From: Octopus vulgaris
Lineage: Eukaryota
DNA length: 64,000 bases
NCBI GenBank assembly: GCA_951406725.2
Contig: OX597815.1
Location: 25,978,001 to 26,042,000, forward strand
Direction: 5' to 3'
The notes beneath the pieces were generated by a model. The model was given only the letters and a program-made list of their open reading frames with translations, was not told where the DNA came from and ran no database searches. The number at the start of each line of letters is the position of its first letter. The stretch's first letter is position 1. Below are positions 26,960 to 41,129 of the stretch, piece after piece. Both the position numbers and the translations under genes were made by a program.

Positions 26960-27160
26960 CTCTTTAAGCTATCCCCTGTACCCCCACCCAAGCCGGTCCA
27001 ACGTTCGCCCGTCCGCCACCCAGCCGACCCAACGATAGAAACAACATGGAAGTGCAACCAGGCGTTCTCTGCACGCATATAACGTCACTTGGGTTTCGCT
27101 TAAATTAGCTGTGTCGCCAGAACAGCTTCATAAATGCTGCTTAGTATCTTAGGCTGGCCT
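26960..27160. promoter_or_regulatory. CpG-rich unique island, possible cis-regulatory element
   Basis: High GC/CpG, non-repetitive, flanked by microsatellites; contains acgtca (CRE half-site) and taaatta. Compositional inference only. Confidence 0.25.
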
Positions 27161-27279
27161 TTTTTTCTTTTTACTTTTCTCGTTTATTATTTTTTTTTAT
27201 TTTCTTTCCCCCTCATCAAAGAAACGTTTTCTTATTAAAACATTTATGCATTTATAGTTGTATATAAACATGTTGTGAA

Positions 27280-27314
<35 letters not shown>

Positions 27315-27436
27315 TATTTCTACTGCTGCTGCTGCTACTACTACTGCTGCTATCACTGCTGCCTGTCTTTGCATGTTGTCGATCGTTTGTTCGTTGTTTT
27401 TGTTAAATTTCATTCATATAATTATTCTCTCTCCAG

Positions 27437-27527
<91 letters not shown>

Positions 27528-27545
27528 CACACATATATATGTTTA

Positions 27546-27617
<72 letters not shown>

Positions 27618-27923
27618 TATATATGTATATATATGTATATATATATATATATACATATATGTATATGTATATACATACAAATATATGTATATACATATAT
27701 ATATGTACATATATATATACGTATGTGTGTGTATGTGTGTATGTATGTATGTATATATATATATATATATTTATATATATGTATATATATATATATATGT
27801 ATATACATATATATATATATACATACATAACCCATACATATATACATATGCATGCATACATTTATATGTATAATTATCTATTTACATATATACAAAGGTA
27901 CATGCACAGACGTATGTACATAT

Positions 27924-28011
<88 letters not shown>

Positions 28012-28665
28012 ATACTCATAAACACGCACATATATACATGCATATATGGGGAGAGTGGGAGAGGGGGAGGGATGAAGCAGCAATGTATTTATCGATTGTC
28101 CCATTGTGTGTAGACATACAACATTTATAAAAGAAATTAACAAAAACTGTTTATTTATAATTTTTTAAACTATTTATCTTCACTTTGTAGAAACTGTCAA
28201 TTTTTCTATACCCCGCCCCTCACAAACACGTGCGTTTTGACGTCTTTGTGTGGATGCGTATACGCGTGCGGCTGTACATCTAAATGTTTAGTGTATTTAT
28301 ATACATATATATATGTGTGTGTGTGTGCATATTTTCCTCAAAGACATAGATGCTATACGCTGCGATATGTGTGATCTCATTTCTGTCTATAAGTATGAGA
28401 ATATTTGTGTGTATAACTACATACATGCATACATACATACATACATACATACATACATACATACATAAATACATACATACATAAATACATACATACATAA
28501 ATACATAAATACATACATACATACATACATACATGCATAAATACATACACACATGCATACATACATTCGTAAATACATACATATACACTATACATATAGA
28601 CATAAATTTGTTCATATGTATATATATATGCATGTGTATATATATATATGTATATATATATATAT

Positions 28666-28698
<33 letters not shown>

Positions 28699-28730
28699 AA
28701 TAAAATGTATAATATATATGCCTTTATACA

Positions 28731-28770
<40 letters not shown>

Positions 28771-29103
28771 ATAAAGATGGTTTTCTAAATATATACATGC
28801 ATATATACATATATTTGAACATATTTATCTCTTTCCCTCCCCCCTCTCTCTCTATTTATCTATCTCTTTATATATATAGATTGAATGATAGATGTGTGTA
28901 TGCATGTGCGCATATTTGATGTATATGTCTGTGTGTATATATGTCTAGATCGAAATATATATTCGCAAATGCGCATTTGTATGTACGTATGTATGTATGA
29001 CGCACATACAGAAGAAAGCACCCAAAGAAGAATCCTATGTAAAAGTACAAAATGACAGTGGTGCTCCAGCATGACCGCTGTCACATGACTGAAACGAATA
29101 AAA

Positions 29104-29139
<36 letters not shown>

Positions 29140-29159
29140 TTACAATATATATATTGTTA

Positions 29160-30015
29160 CTCGGACAGCTGCTGTCACTAGCTATACCGATGATACAAAA
29201 TTATCACAGGCAATATAAACCAGAATGACGTCGCAAGTTTACAGCGAGACTAGAATTCGATATACAAGTGAACTGAAATAAACAACGTGCAGTTTAATGC
29301 TGTAAAATGTCCATCATTGCACTATCAACTCACTAATGCAGTACGGCCTGCATATACAGAACCCGAAGGCAATATAATCCCAGAGTCACAGGCAGTGAAA
29401 GTCTAGGGCGATCAGTATGTGCAACGACGCATCATTTTTTATGCCTGTTACCAAGATGGCAGCAAAGTTCAAACAACTGGCAGGATGGATACTGAGGTCC
29501 TTCAAGACAAGAGACCAAGAAAGTATGTTGACCTTGTGGAGAACCTTTGCTCTCAGCTGCCTGGTGCCAATCTAACAGCAGAGTTTGAGGCTGTCCAGCG
29601 CCACTACACTAAACAGGTTGAAAAAGTGCAGTGGATGGGCTACAGCAGTAGGCTGTTATACAAATGCTAGAACTGGCTACCACCCACTCTATTTAAATTC
29701 AGGACCAAGTACTGCAATGGTCTAGGGTTCAAAGGCCCACAACTCTTCACTGCCCTACCACAAAAATTAAGATGTTTTCAAAACGGAACTAGACAACCTC
29801 CTCTCTACAATACCGGATGAACGAAGAGCCCAATATGAGGTGCCGACGAGGGCAGCAGAATCAAACTCCCTTATAAACCAAATGGGCTAGCAGCTAGGAC
29901 AAAGCTCATACAGGGGTGGATGCGAAACGCCACAGACTGAGGAAATCAGAAACACCGCGGGGGTACTCCAGTATGACCGCAGCCGCATCGCTGAAACGAG
30001 TAAAAGGATAAAAGA
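29160..30015 (+). mobile_element. CR1-clade LINE, decayed RT C-terminal half plus 3' tail
   Basis: YTDDTKL, NNVQFNAVKC, EAVQRHYTKQV, GFKGPQLFTALPQKLR across frames; tail gggtactccagtatgaccgcagc-cgcatc-gctgaaac. Confidence 0.8.
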
Positions 30016-30025
30016 ATATATATAT

Positions 30026-30341
<316 letters not shown>

Positions 30342-30347
30342 TATATA

Positions 30348-30790
30348 CAGACATGCAGGAAGTAAATACACACCTTTAATTTTCAAAATTTCTGATCTAA
30401 GCGTCTTAATATGTTTTCAGCGGTGTAGAATTTACAATGTAATTATTCTTTTTCATTCCAGATGCCATTATATTAAACATTTGCGAAAAGTAACCATGCC
30501 ACGCACAAAATTTTCAGCAGAACTGTCAAATTTTCAAAGATGTTGTATTGATGGGCAATCTGAGGCTGGTCTTAGCCAGCGAAAAATTACCGAAAATCAT
30601 CAAATTCCTCTTGCTACTATTAATAGAATTATAGTGCAATTCAAAAGCTAAGGAAAAGAATCAACAAATTCTTGTCCCGGTTGACCTGAAGAGAATTGTG
30701 GAAAACGAACCCCGTTTGAAGGCTTCTGACATTGCAAAACGGATAGAATTTAGTCCGAGAACGTGTGTTACATATCTGCATAAGCGTGGG
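30348..30790 (+). mobile_element. Tc1-like transposon left portion
   Basis: TA|CAG start; [15 protein letters not shown]…[26 protein letters not shown] (paired-like HTH), then KRIVENEPRLKASDIAK…PRTCVTYLHKRG after a deletion. Confidence 0.75.
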
Positions 30791-31041
30791 TGAGCGTAGA
30801 CAAAAGCCAGGCTACATATGTTTCATAGCTAGCGGAACCTAGCAGTAATTATCCAAACGAAGGGTAGGGCGCAAGCTACTCTTCAGGCCAAAGATACCAT
30901 GAATGCCATGTTGGATGGTTGAAAATGTATCTCAATTGAAATATGTGTATATATTGCTTCTAAAAATTCACTATTATGAATTACCGTATTTCCTTGTATA
31001 TTTAAAATATTTTAAGCACACACAGCAAATAGAGGATGAAT

Positions 31042-31078
<37 letters not shown>

Positions 31079-31079
31079 A

Positions 31080-31136
<57 letters not shown>

Positions 31137-31504
31137 TAGATATATATATATGACGGTTGTCTTTTAGCATCCCTCTACCAAGTCCACTCACAAGGCTTTG
31201 GTTGGGCCGAGGGTGTAGTAGAAGGGTGTATACATCAATAGTGTTCCAACGGCAAATTATTTAGGAAATTAAAACATCTCTCTCATCTTAAAAGGGTTTT
31301 TAATAAAAATCTTCAGTGCTTTCGATTCAACTCTGATTTCTTTCGTAGAAGTCATCAAAATTACGAAACATTCTCGCCCACCGGCAGTGTAGAACGATTG
31401 TAATCACATTCGAGTAATCCTTATCATGGGCAAGTTATATGTTGTTCATGGGTTACTCTTTTGTTTTGTAGAGTAAGAATACTGTATAATTTTCTTGATT
31501 ACAA

Positions 31505-31574
<70 letters not shown>

Positions 31575-31714
31575 ATATATATATCTAACTATCTATCTAT
31601 CTATCTATCTGTCTGTCTATCTATCTGTCTGTCTATCTATCTATCTGTCTATCTGTCTATTTATATGTATGTATATGTGTGTGGGAAGGGTGTGTGTATG
31701 TAGGTATACATATA

Positions 31715-31753
<39 letters not shown>

Positions 31754-31974
31754 ATGTATGTATGTATGTATGTATGTATGTATAAAGTCAGAGGATCATA
31801 TATACGCAAAAAGGAAGCACACTCTAAAAGTTAGAGCGGCAATGTATTTAAATAAAGTTAAATATGTCACTCTATGCCCGGACGCACCCCGCACCCCACC
31901 CCCCGCACACACACACACACACATATTTTGTATATATATATATACACATACGTGTGCATATATGTATGTATATG

Positions 31975-32005
<31 letters not shown>

Positions 32006-32132
32006 GTATATATATATGTGTGTATATATATATATGTATATATATATACGTGTATATATGTATATATATGTATATATATATATGTATATACATATGTGTA
32101 TATATATATATATATGTGTGTATATATATATG

Positions 32133-32191
<59 letters not shown>

Positions 32192-32206
32192 TTAAAGTGC
32201 ACAATA

Positions 32207-32322
32207 CATTATGCAGATATGTAACACACGTTCATGGACTAACTTCTATCTGTTTTGAAATGTCAGAAGCCTACGAACGGGGTTCGTTTTCCACAATTGT
32301 CTTCAGGTCGGCCGAGACAGTT
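32207..32322 (-). mobile_element. Inverted copy of the Tc1 internal segment 30672-30784
   Basis: Reverse complement reads gacctgaagacaattgtggaaaacgaaccccgtt…gaacgtgtgttacatatctgcataa. Confidence 0.85.
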
Positions 32323-32523
32323 GAACACAGAGCACCTCTGAATATCAAATTGTTGCAGTGTATTGTCTCTGCTCGTAATTTTGACGTTGGTATGTGCAGA
32401 AGTTGGCAGTGACTACTAGTTCTTGCTTTAAAGTTTTCTTTAATGCCAAAGTTTTGGATGATGACCTTCTAAGATTTTCCATACATAAAAATCAACAGCT
32501 GTCTGTCCCTCTGTCTGTCTGTC

Positions 32524-32579
<56 letters not shown>

Positions 32580-32868
32580 CCTATTTCTCTGTCTCACTCA
32601 CTCACTCTCTCACTCTACGTTGTTCATGGAAATAGAAACTTAGAGCTTTCAGACCTCCCAGCAATTAAGTCCTGTAACCGAAGTTGTTTAAGTGAAGAAT
32701 GCTCTTTGTAACCCTTCAATTTCTTCAATGAAACCTTGTATTTAGAGACCAAAGCTGTGAAGAAGAGTAGTCTAGTCAATGCAAAACTAGTTTTCCATAG
32801 AGTTTGCAGAACTACCGGTTCCCTTGTCATGTAGTGTCTGATGATCCATTCTACGATAAACACACACA

Positions 32869-33046
32869 CGTCTTTCTCCGTCTTTTTAAAAAATTTCCTC
32901 TCCGTTATTTTTTCTTCGTAATCCTTTCTGTCGAAGAGCGTAGGCTCGAAAGCTAAAAGACTTTTTCAATCTTCCCGAGTGTTAAACTAATACATCTGCC
33001 TGTTGTTCCCACACCTACTTTCGTCTTTTGTTTTATGTGAATTTTA

Positions 33047-33050
<4 letters not shown>
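32869..33050 (+). mobile_element. Short Penelope-type terminal-repeat element P1a with hammerhead variant (32923-32960)
   Basis: CUUU-CUGUCGA-A-GAGC-GUAG-GCUC-GAA-AGCU-A-AAAG; homologous to 47640-47815; ends in (TA)n. Confidence 0.75.
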
Positions 33051-33131
<81 letters not shown>

Positions 33132-33156
33132 GTATATTTATATATATATATATACG

Positions 33157-33207
<51 letters not shown>

Positions 33208-33990
33208 AAATATATATGTATGTATGTATGTATGTATGTGTGTGTGTTTGTATATATATATATATATATATATACCTACTGATATTTAGTTACGTCCCTT
33301 TACACCCAGGTCGATTTTTACCTTTTTTTTTCCTTCCTGAGATCGTTAAAATAAGAATCAACGTACGTACTGATGGTTGATATAATTGCTTAAAAACCAT
33401 AAAATCCCAGCGTGTCTACAGTTGAGTGGCTTAAATCATCAGTAAAGGTAAAAAAAAAAAAAAAAAAAATTGTCGTGTCGTGAGAATAAGAGAATAAGGT
33501 TTCGAAATAGGGAGAGTGGCTTCCTGCGACGTCGTCTCTCGGCGTCCGTCTATATAATCCGAGTCAATGAATTCAAGTAGTATAAGTCAATGAGTGCAGA
33601 TGTCTTTGTTGATCTCAATAGATCTTAATCGACTATTTACGTAAAGACTATGTTTATCACAGTTTGCTCTCTGAATATTTAGCCGAGTTTTTCCAATATG
33701 AATACAGTTCATCTGAGTACCAAATGCTGGGGGTAAGGTAATATATACCCGTTTAAATACCCGTCACGGTTAAGACGATTAGGAATCACTCAAGTAAGAC
33801 TAAGAAATATAATACGGAAACGTCAAAGATTGGGCAATACTTCTTTCACTGCAGCTGCTAACATAATTGTGATTAATTAACCTTCGTTAATTAGCAGGAG
33901 TTCATATATATTTTTTTCGGTTTCATTTAATTCACATAAATTTCTTTATCGCTACAGGAAAGGTGCTAGCGGTTCATATATTAAAGAGAG

Positions 33991-34098
33991 TTCTTCTTCT
34001 TCTTCTTCTTCTTCTTCTTCTTCTTCTTCTTCTTCTTCTTCTTCTTCTTCTTCTTCTTCTTCTTCTTCTTCTTCTTCTTCTTCTTCTTCTTCTTCTTT

Positions 34099-34154
<56 letters not shown>
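33991..34154. repeat. (CTT)n followed by (AAT)n
   Basis: Read directly. Confidence 0.98.
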
Positions 34155-34156
<2 letters not shown>

Positions 34157-34767
34157 AAAAACTGGTGGGAACACAATCCACCTCCAGTGCTTGAAAATGA
34201 CCACATCTCACTCCTCTGGAACTTCACCATTCAAACTGACAGAAAGATAGATGCAAATAGGCCAGACATCATATTGAAAGATTTCAGACAAAGAACATGC
34301 CTCCTCATTGATATGACTGTCCTAATCGATATAAACGTATCTGTCAAGACCTACCAAAAACTGAGCAAATATAAAGATCTTGAAATAGAAATCAGCAAAA
34401 TGTGGAACCTGAAGACTAAAACAATACCTGTTGTCATAGGTGCCCTGGGAATGATAGCGAAAGGGGCTGATTGCTACCTAACTCAGATACCAGGAAACAC
34501 CAAAATGGCAGAAATTCAAAAGATAGTGCTCATGAGAACTGCTCATATCCTACGCAAAATACTCTCTATGCAATCCCAAGGTTTAAAACAAACTTTTTTT
34601 TTTTTAGTTTATTTATTCGACATTCACTAGTACAACACAAAAAAAAACCCCAAATATATGGCACACTAGGCATAACAACAACGTGAACTTCCAGCCTGTT
34701 GTCTCTTGAGGTCTCTGGGTGAGACTTGGAGCCAACTTGTACAAACATAAAGCAAATGTCAAACACA
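34155..34767 (+). mobile_element. R4/Dong-like LINE 3' end with restriction-like endonuclease domain, inserted in (TAA)n
   Basis: LLWNFTIQTDRKIDANRPDII…IDMTV..D…KLSKYKDL..EI..MW…PVVIGALG…IQKIVL..TAHILRK; (AAT)n on both sides. Confidence 0.92.
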
Positions 34768-35045
<278 letters not shown>

Positions 35046-35250
35046 AAAGCGGAAAACTGGCAGAATCTTTAATACGCCGGACTAAATGCTTAGCGGGATT
35101 TCGTCCGTCTTTACATTCTGAGTTCGAATGTCACCGAAATCGACTTTGCCTTTCATCCTTTTGGAGTCGATGAAATAAGTACCAGTTGAGCATGTGACCG
35201 ACATACCCCCTCCCCCGAAATTTCAGGCCTTTGCCTATAGTAGAAATAAT
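35046..35250 (+). mobile_element. SINE family A, short-tail copy
   Basis: A/B boxes, core and tail. Confidence 0.88.
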
Positions 35251-35269
35251 TATTATTATCGAAGACAGA

Positions 35270-35765
35270 TACATTCTTCTTTCGTAGAGGTCTCATTGAC
35301 TTCTTCAGGTTTCACTTGAGAAGGAAATTGAGAGTGGAGAGGAGGAAAGTGCTATCCTCGAGTGAGTTTATTAACAGGTGGGTGAGCGTTGCGATAATGG
35401 TAAGAGTGGATGATACCTCTCTAAGTGTAGACATGTGAGTCAGAGAAAGAGAATTGGAAGGAGTACTTTTTCTTGGTGTTCAGGAGGATCTTGGACAGCC
35501 TCTGTTATTCCTAGAGGTCATTCTGTATCAGAAGGACTACATCTATATCATTCCCGACCTTTCTTTTTTGTTAACCTTTGTCTACTATGCACATCTCCCT
35601 TTACTTTTCACTGTATACTCTGTATACTTACTCCCCTTTTTTATTTTATTTTATTTTTATTTTATTTTATATATTTTATCATTTCATTATATGTAAACTC
35701 CAACACTTTATGTCTGTTTTGTATTGTCCCCCTCATCCTTCACCTTAATGACAAATAAGTAAAAT

Positions 35766-35766
<1 letters not shown>
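35270..35766 (+). mobile_element. Tx1/L1-like LINE 3' end followed by (TAC)n
   Basis: GLIDFFRFHLRRKLRVERR…SEFINRW…* C-terminus; T-rich 3' UTR ending ttgtccccctcatccttcaccttaatgacaaataag; same tail at 37824-37918 (-). Confidence 0.65.
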
Positions 35767-35851
<85 letters not shown>

Positions 35852-36188
35852 AGGCGGTGAGCAGTGTTTAGCGGCATTTCGCCCGTCTTTAACTTCTGAA
35901 TTCTGCTAAAGTCTGTTTTGTCTTTTATCCTTCTGGGCTCGATTAAATAAGTACCAGCAACTCTTACACAATTCTATACAGTCCGCCTATATAAATAACA
36001 GCTGCAATGAGCAGACAGAATTTTTGCAAGAAAAGCACTTTAGATGAGCAAATTTTGTAAAACTCAGAGTAGCATTTCTTTGCTCCAGGAGACGATTCAG
36101 GAGAAAGTGTTTTGCCGGAGCAAAACACACTTGAGAACTGTGTGCCCCGAATCAAAAATAAGCAACAGCAATAGCAAAAAGAACAAAC

Positions 36189-36898
36189 CTCAATTCCCAG
36201 TGCATCAGTAGCCAAAATTCTGTGCGATAACAAATAAAACATCTTTAAGCCTAATATCTCTTCTAAAAGTATCGCCCTGTAAAACCACATTTACATCGTG
36301 TGATAAGGAAGAAATAGTTGCAGAGCAAAATGCACAAGGAAAGAAGTGGAAAAATCACAATAAATAATACGATATAAAGAAGCAAAAATTAAGGAGGCGG
36401 AGCAGTTTTTCTAAATAACAACGAAATATCTCCAGCAGTAAATAACGAAGAAAACACAGAGAGAGAAGATGAAATAAAATTGCTCTCTGAATATCAAATA
36501 GTTAATAGACAAATTTACGCATTTCTTGTGGCTCCGATTTCCAGAAGTTGTAATGAGAACTGAACAAGTGATTCAAAATACATGTCATATGCAAAAAAAA
36601 ATAGACTGTTCGGAAAGTTTTTAGAAAGACATAATATCGAACTTAAAAAGAAATATTCATACAATGTTGATGTGTTTCAATATCAAATACCTTGAAAGGT
36701 GTTAAATGAGATACTCAAACAGAAATTCAGAAATGGCTGAGTGAACAAAAATTGTGATTTTTCTACTTCTATTCCTTCCTCATCGTACAATGAACGTGTG
36801 GTTCTACAGGTTGTTTCTTTTGGAAGAGATACTGGTCTTAAAGATATTTTCATTGTTATCGCATAGAATTTTGGCTAGTGATGCACTGGAAATTGAGT
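36189..36898. repeat. ~150-170 bp inverted repeat (36189-36361 / 36751-36898)
   Basis: ctcaattcccagtgcatcagtagccaaaattctgtgcgataacaa versus ttgttatcgcatagaattttggctagtgatgcactggaaattgag. Confidence 0.88.
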
Positions 36899-37051
36899 GC
36901 CCAATTCAACCTAACCACTAAGTTTTCATATCTTTAAATTATAATTTAAAAATTTCTCTTAAGCCATATAACTCATAAAGCCGGCAAACCGGTTACCATG
37001 GCATAAAAATGACCAAGATCACATTTCCCTGAACTGGATGCCGATCAGTTG

Positions 37052-37260
37052 CAAAGTTTAGGGCTAGATTTTTTAGGGGAGAGGAAAAGTAGATTACATC
37101 GACCCTGGTACTTGACTGGTACTTTAGTTTACCGACCCGGAAGGCACGAAAGAAAAAGTTGACCTCAGCAGGATTTGAATTCAAAACGTAAGACGTCGAA
37201 AGAAATACCGCTTAACATTTTTGTCCGATGTGCTAATAATTCTACCATTTCTCCGCCTTA
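37052..37260 (-). mobile_element. SINE family A, diverged
   Basis: Core and boxes recognisable. Confidence 0.8.
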
Positions 37261-37599
37261 TGTTTAAATGATACCATCTTTTAATTATTATATGGTTTAT
37301 CGTACGTTTTAATATTATTTTCGTGCATTTATGTAGACATAAATGCGTGTATATATATTTCTTTGAGTCCTTGTGGCTAATAAAGAAAGACATTGAGGCG
37401 CCAACACCCAAACCTGTCCTGGACATGAAAATGTTCTGTACATCAACGTTCAGTGTTCATGCATTAGCGTCTTGTGAGTTTTTGTTGACCAGCCGCTGTC
37501 ACATGAATCTGCCCAATTTATAGTGAAATAATAGAGCTGATATAATTGATTAAAACACTTGAAGGCCTCTACCAAACATGCCTGTAATTAAATTACTAT

Positions 37600-37780
37600 G
37601 GCACTCCAGGTGGAGCCTATCCCTCTCCAGGCTAAACTCGTTTCTACAGCTGAGTGGACTGTAGCAACATGAAGTGAAGTGTTTTGCTCAAGAACACAAC
37701 TCATCACCTCGTCTTGGACTCGAAACCACAATCTTACGATCGTGAGTTCAACACCCTAACCACTAAGCCACGCACCTCCA
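37600..37780 (-). mobile_element. SINE family D (tRNA-derived, CORE/OR2-like)
   Basis: Minus strand ggaggtgcgtggcttagtggttagggtg…gtggtttcgagtcc…ttgtgttcttgagcaaaacacttcac. Confidence 0.85.
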
Positions 37781-37823
<43 letters not shown>

Positions 37824-37824
<1 letters not shown>

Positions 37825-37918
37825 ATTTCCCTTATTTGTCACTAAGGTGAAGGATGAGGGGGACAATACAAAACAGACATAAAGTGTTGGAGTTTACATA
37901 TAATGAAATGATAGAATA
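37824..37918 (-). mobile_element. Tx1/L1-like LINE tail, second copy, followed by (TAC)n
   Basis: Reverse complement of 35670-35766. Confidence 0.8.
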
Positions 37919-38026
37919 TCTATATATATATAAAACTGTAGTTGTGTGAGTGTTTGTCCCCTTCGATTTAGATTCTTAACTACTCCCACATTTTGCGGTG
38001 CAGTTTAACCAAATTCGGGTATCTTA
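37919..38026 (+). mobile_element. Helitron H1 5' fragment
   Basis: A|TCtatatatatataaaac…cgatttagattcttaactactcccacattttgcggtgcagtttaaccaaa matches 8356-8460. Confidence 0.8.
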
Positions 38027-38477
38027 CTGAAGTCAATAAAATAATATAAAGACCCCGATTCAGATGAAATGGAAAGTACCGTAAATCTACATGGATAACG
38101 GATTTTTACATCAAATTCAAAATTATTATTATGGTTGTGTATAATACTATATATGAGCCAGCAAAGTTTTTCTCACCCACTTTTATCAAGAAAAGAAACC
38201 CCTCACTAATGAAATAAATCTATCATTTTTTTTTTATTACATATCAGTATATTTTATATATACTGAAATATTAAAAAGCAATATATTGGATTATGTTAGA
38301 TTATCTAGGTTTTTAGCAACTGTGAAACACTGTGTATTTAACTTTTTAAGACAATTTAGGCCGAAAAAGATAAAATGTAGCAGATTTTATCATTGATATT
38401 AAATGGGTTTTTTTTTCAGAATTGTAAACACTGCAATTTGAAATGCATGATTAAATGTCTCCTTAATTATTTCTACT

Positions 38478-38678
38478 TTTATTTCTTTTACTTGTTTCAG
38501 ACATTAGACTGCGGCCATGCTGGGGTACCACCTTGAAGAATTTTAGTCGAATAAACTGATCCCTGTGCTTTTATTTTTTAAGCCTGGTAGTTATTCTATC
38601 AGTCTCATTCGCCGAACCACTAAGTTACGGGAACTTAAACACAGCAACACCGGTTGTCAAGCCGTGGTGGAAGGCACT

Positions 38679-38710
<32 letters not shown>

Positions 38711-38766
38711 TACATATATAATACACACGCACACACACACACACACACACACATACACACACACAT

Positions 38767-38821
<55 letters not shown>

Positions 38822-38945
38822 ACGGGCTTATTTCAGTCTCCGTTTACCAACTCCACTCATAAGCCTTTAGTCGGCCCGAGGCTATCGTAGAAGACACTTG
38901 CCCAAGGTGCCAAACAGTGGGATTGAACTCGAAACCAAGGGGTTA
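38478..38945 (-). mobile_element. SINE family B
   Basis: Tail, internal microsatellite and head match the other copies. Confidence 0.88.
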
Positions 38946-38967
38946 GGGGACTTGTTAGTTGTTAAGT

Positions 38968-39277
38968 GAAGGCGCGTGGCTTTAGGGTTAGGGCATTCGG
39001 TTCACGATCGATTCCCGTTAGTGTATTGTGTCCTTGAGCAATACACTTTATTCCACGTTGCTTCAGTCAACTCAGCTAGCAAAATTGAGCTGTACCTGTA
39101 TTATTTCAAAGGGCCAGTCTTGTTACATTGCGACTGGCTGAACTTCCCCGAGATGTACGCGAAGAGTACGCATGTCTGTGGAGTTCTCAGCCGCTTGTAC
39201 GTTAACCTCACGAGCCGGCTGTTTCGTTGATCGGATCAGCTGCAACATTGGTCGTCGCAACCGACGGAGTGCTACAG
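38968..39277 (+). mobile_element. SINE family D variant with a different 3' half
   Basis: ggcgcgtggctttagggttaggg…ttgtgtccttgagcaatacacttta…ctcagct; tail …gtcgtcgcaaccgacggagtgc. Confidence 0.75.
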
Positions 39278-40252
39278 TAATTGAATTACAGGCATGTTTG
39301 GGTTACCCCTTCAAGTGTTTTAATCAATTATATCATCTCTATTATTTATTTCAGTCAAACGCTTATTTTATCGATCTCGAATTGTGAACCCGATAAGTTA
39401 TACATTACAAATGTGTACAAAATGAATAACACCAGTGTCAACATAAACATAGATGTGTGTGTGTTTGTGTGTGTATGTTTGTGTATGTGAGTGTGTTTGT
39501 GTGTGCGTACGTCTGTGATTGTGTATGAATGCATGCACGTGCATATATATGTAGATATGTGCATGTAGACATATACATATATATATAAGTTTATACGGGT
39601 GTTTGTATGTGTAAGCACACATACACACTAACAGATATATCTGTTGGAGATGCTAACAGATTAATTCTGTTATGACTGGCTTTCGACAAGAATACGACGC
39701 TGTCGGATAGTGTCCAACTTACGTTTCAACTCTAAACCACAATACCCTCCAATTGTGAGGTCGGTGGTGATGGCCAGAAACAGCTCCTTTTTTCCGTTGC
39801 TTACAGCTCAACTCCTCCCGCGTTTTATTAGAGCCAGCAAGATTTCATTTTGCTGTCTCCCAGCTCCTGGTACGTTGTGGCTTTCTTTTCATACATTTTC
39901 CTACAGAACCACCGTTCTTCTTATCTCCTAAAATATGATAATGATTTTGAGACGTTTGAACCTGAACAAAATGAAGTATCCAGCTCCGAACAACATTCAT
40001 ATGACAGAATTGTATTGCCTGCGGGAAGTACTGGTATTTTTGGAAAAGAGCAACCCTTTTCCTTTCTCGATAGGACTGATAGAACAAACAAAAGAAATAG
40101 AACTCTATACATGAGTTTATATGTACTTTTAAATCGGAAATATTGGCCTGAGAGTCACTTTTGTAAATTACTGTCGAGTAATACACACACACACACACAC
40201 ACAAACACAAGTGTATATATATATATATATACATACACACATATATATACAT

Positions 40253-40306
<54 letters not shown>

Positions 40307-41129
40307 CCTATACATACACGCTTATATGCGTATAAAAATCTTAAACCCGTAATAATGCAAAATGAAATACATACATACATTTATATTCACACACAAACAC
40401 ACAATACACGTGAATGTATGCATAAATATAATTCTTTGTGGGAATAAAGGTTGTCAAAACTAAATAATAGCCTAATACTTCAAAAGCAGAGACTTTGATG
40501 TTTATTCAAATATTTTTTTTATAAGTTTTTAAAAAATTTGTTTCATGCATTGGTGAATTGTTCAGAACTAATGGAAAACATTTATTATCGAAGTGCCAAT
40601 ATGTATATTAGAAAGAAGTTAATTAAGGAGGACGAAGGAAATAATAAAAAAAAGAGGGGCGACAATGAGAAGAGTAGTCGTAAGAATGGAGCAAATTTTG
40701 AAAATAAGGCAGTTATATTCAATATTTGGATAAAGGCTAACAATAAATAGGTCAGCTATATATTTAAATTTTTGAAAGCAAGACGGTTTTTGGCTGAAAG
40801 CTTTGGTAGGTACCTAACATTAAAGAATTTATAAATTTAAGAGTTTCAAATACTTTAATGGGTTTAAAGTTGAATTTAACTGTTAAAGAATTTACAAGTA
40901 TGTGACGGTAAGTGAAGTAAGTTCATTTATACGCTGTAGTATCTAATTCAAGCAAAAATATGAAATTTTAAAATTGCAAGCTAAGCGAGATTATGCGAAA
41001 CTTATGAAGTCATGAGAATATTTTTAACTTGGAAATTATTGTGTATAAACTGGAATGAAGACAGAAGAAAAAAAAAATTGTAAATAACGGTATTCACTAA
41101 ACAAGGACTAGAGGGTGTTAATAATATTA

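Noticed and set aside
40538-40915. Possible exon ending in a gtaagt donor at ~40908
   Set aside because: No continuous reading frame or acceptor could be established
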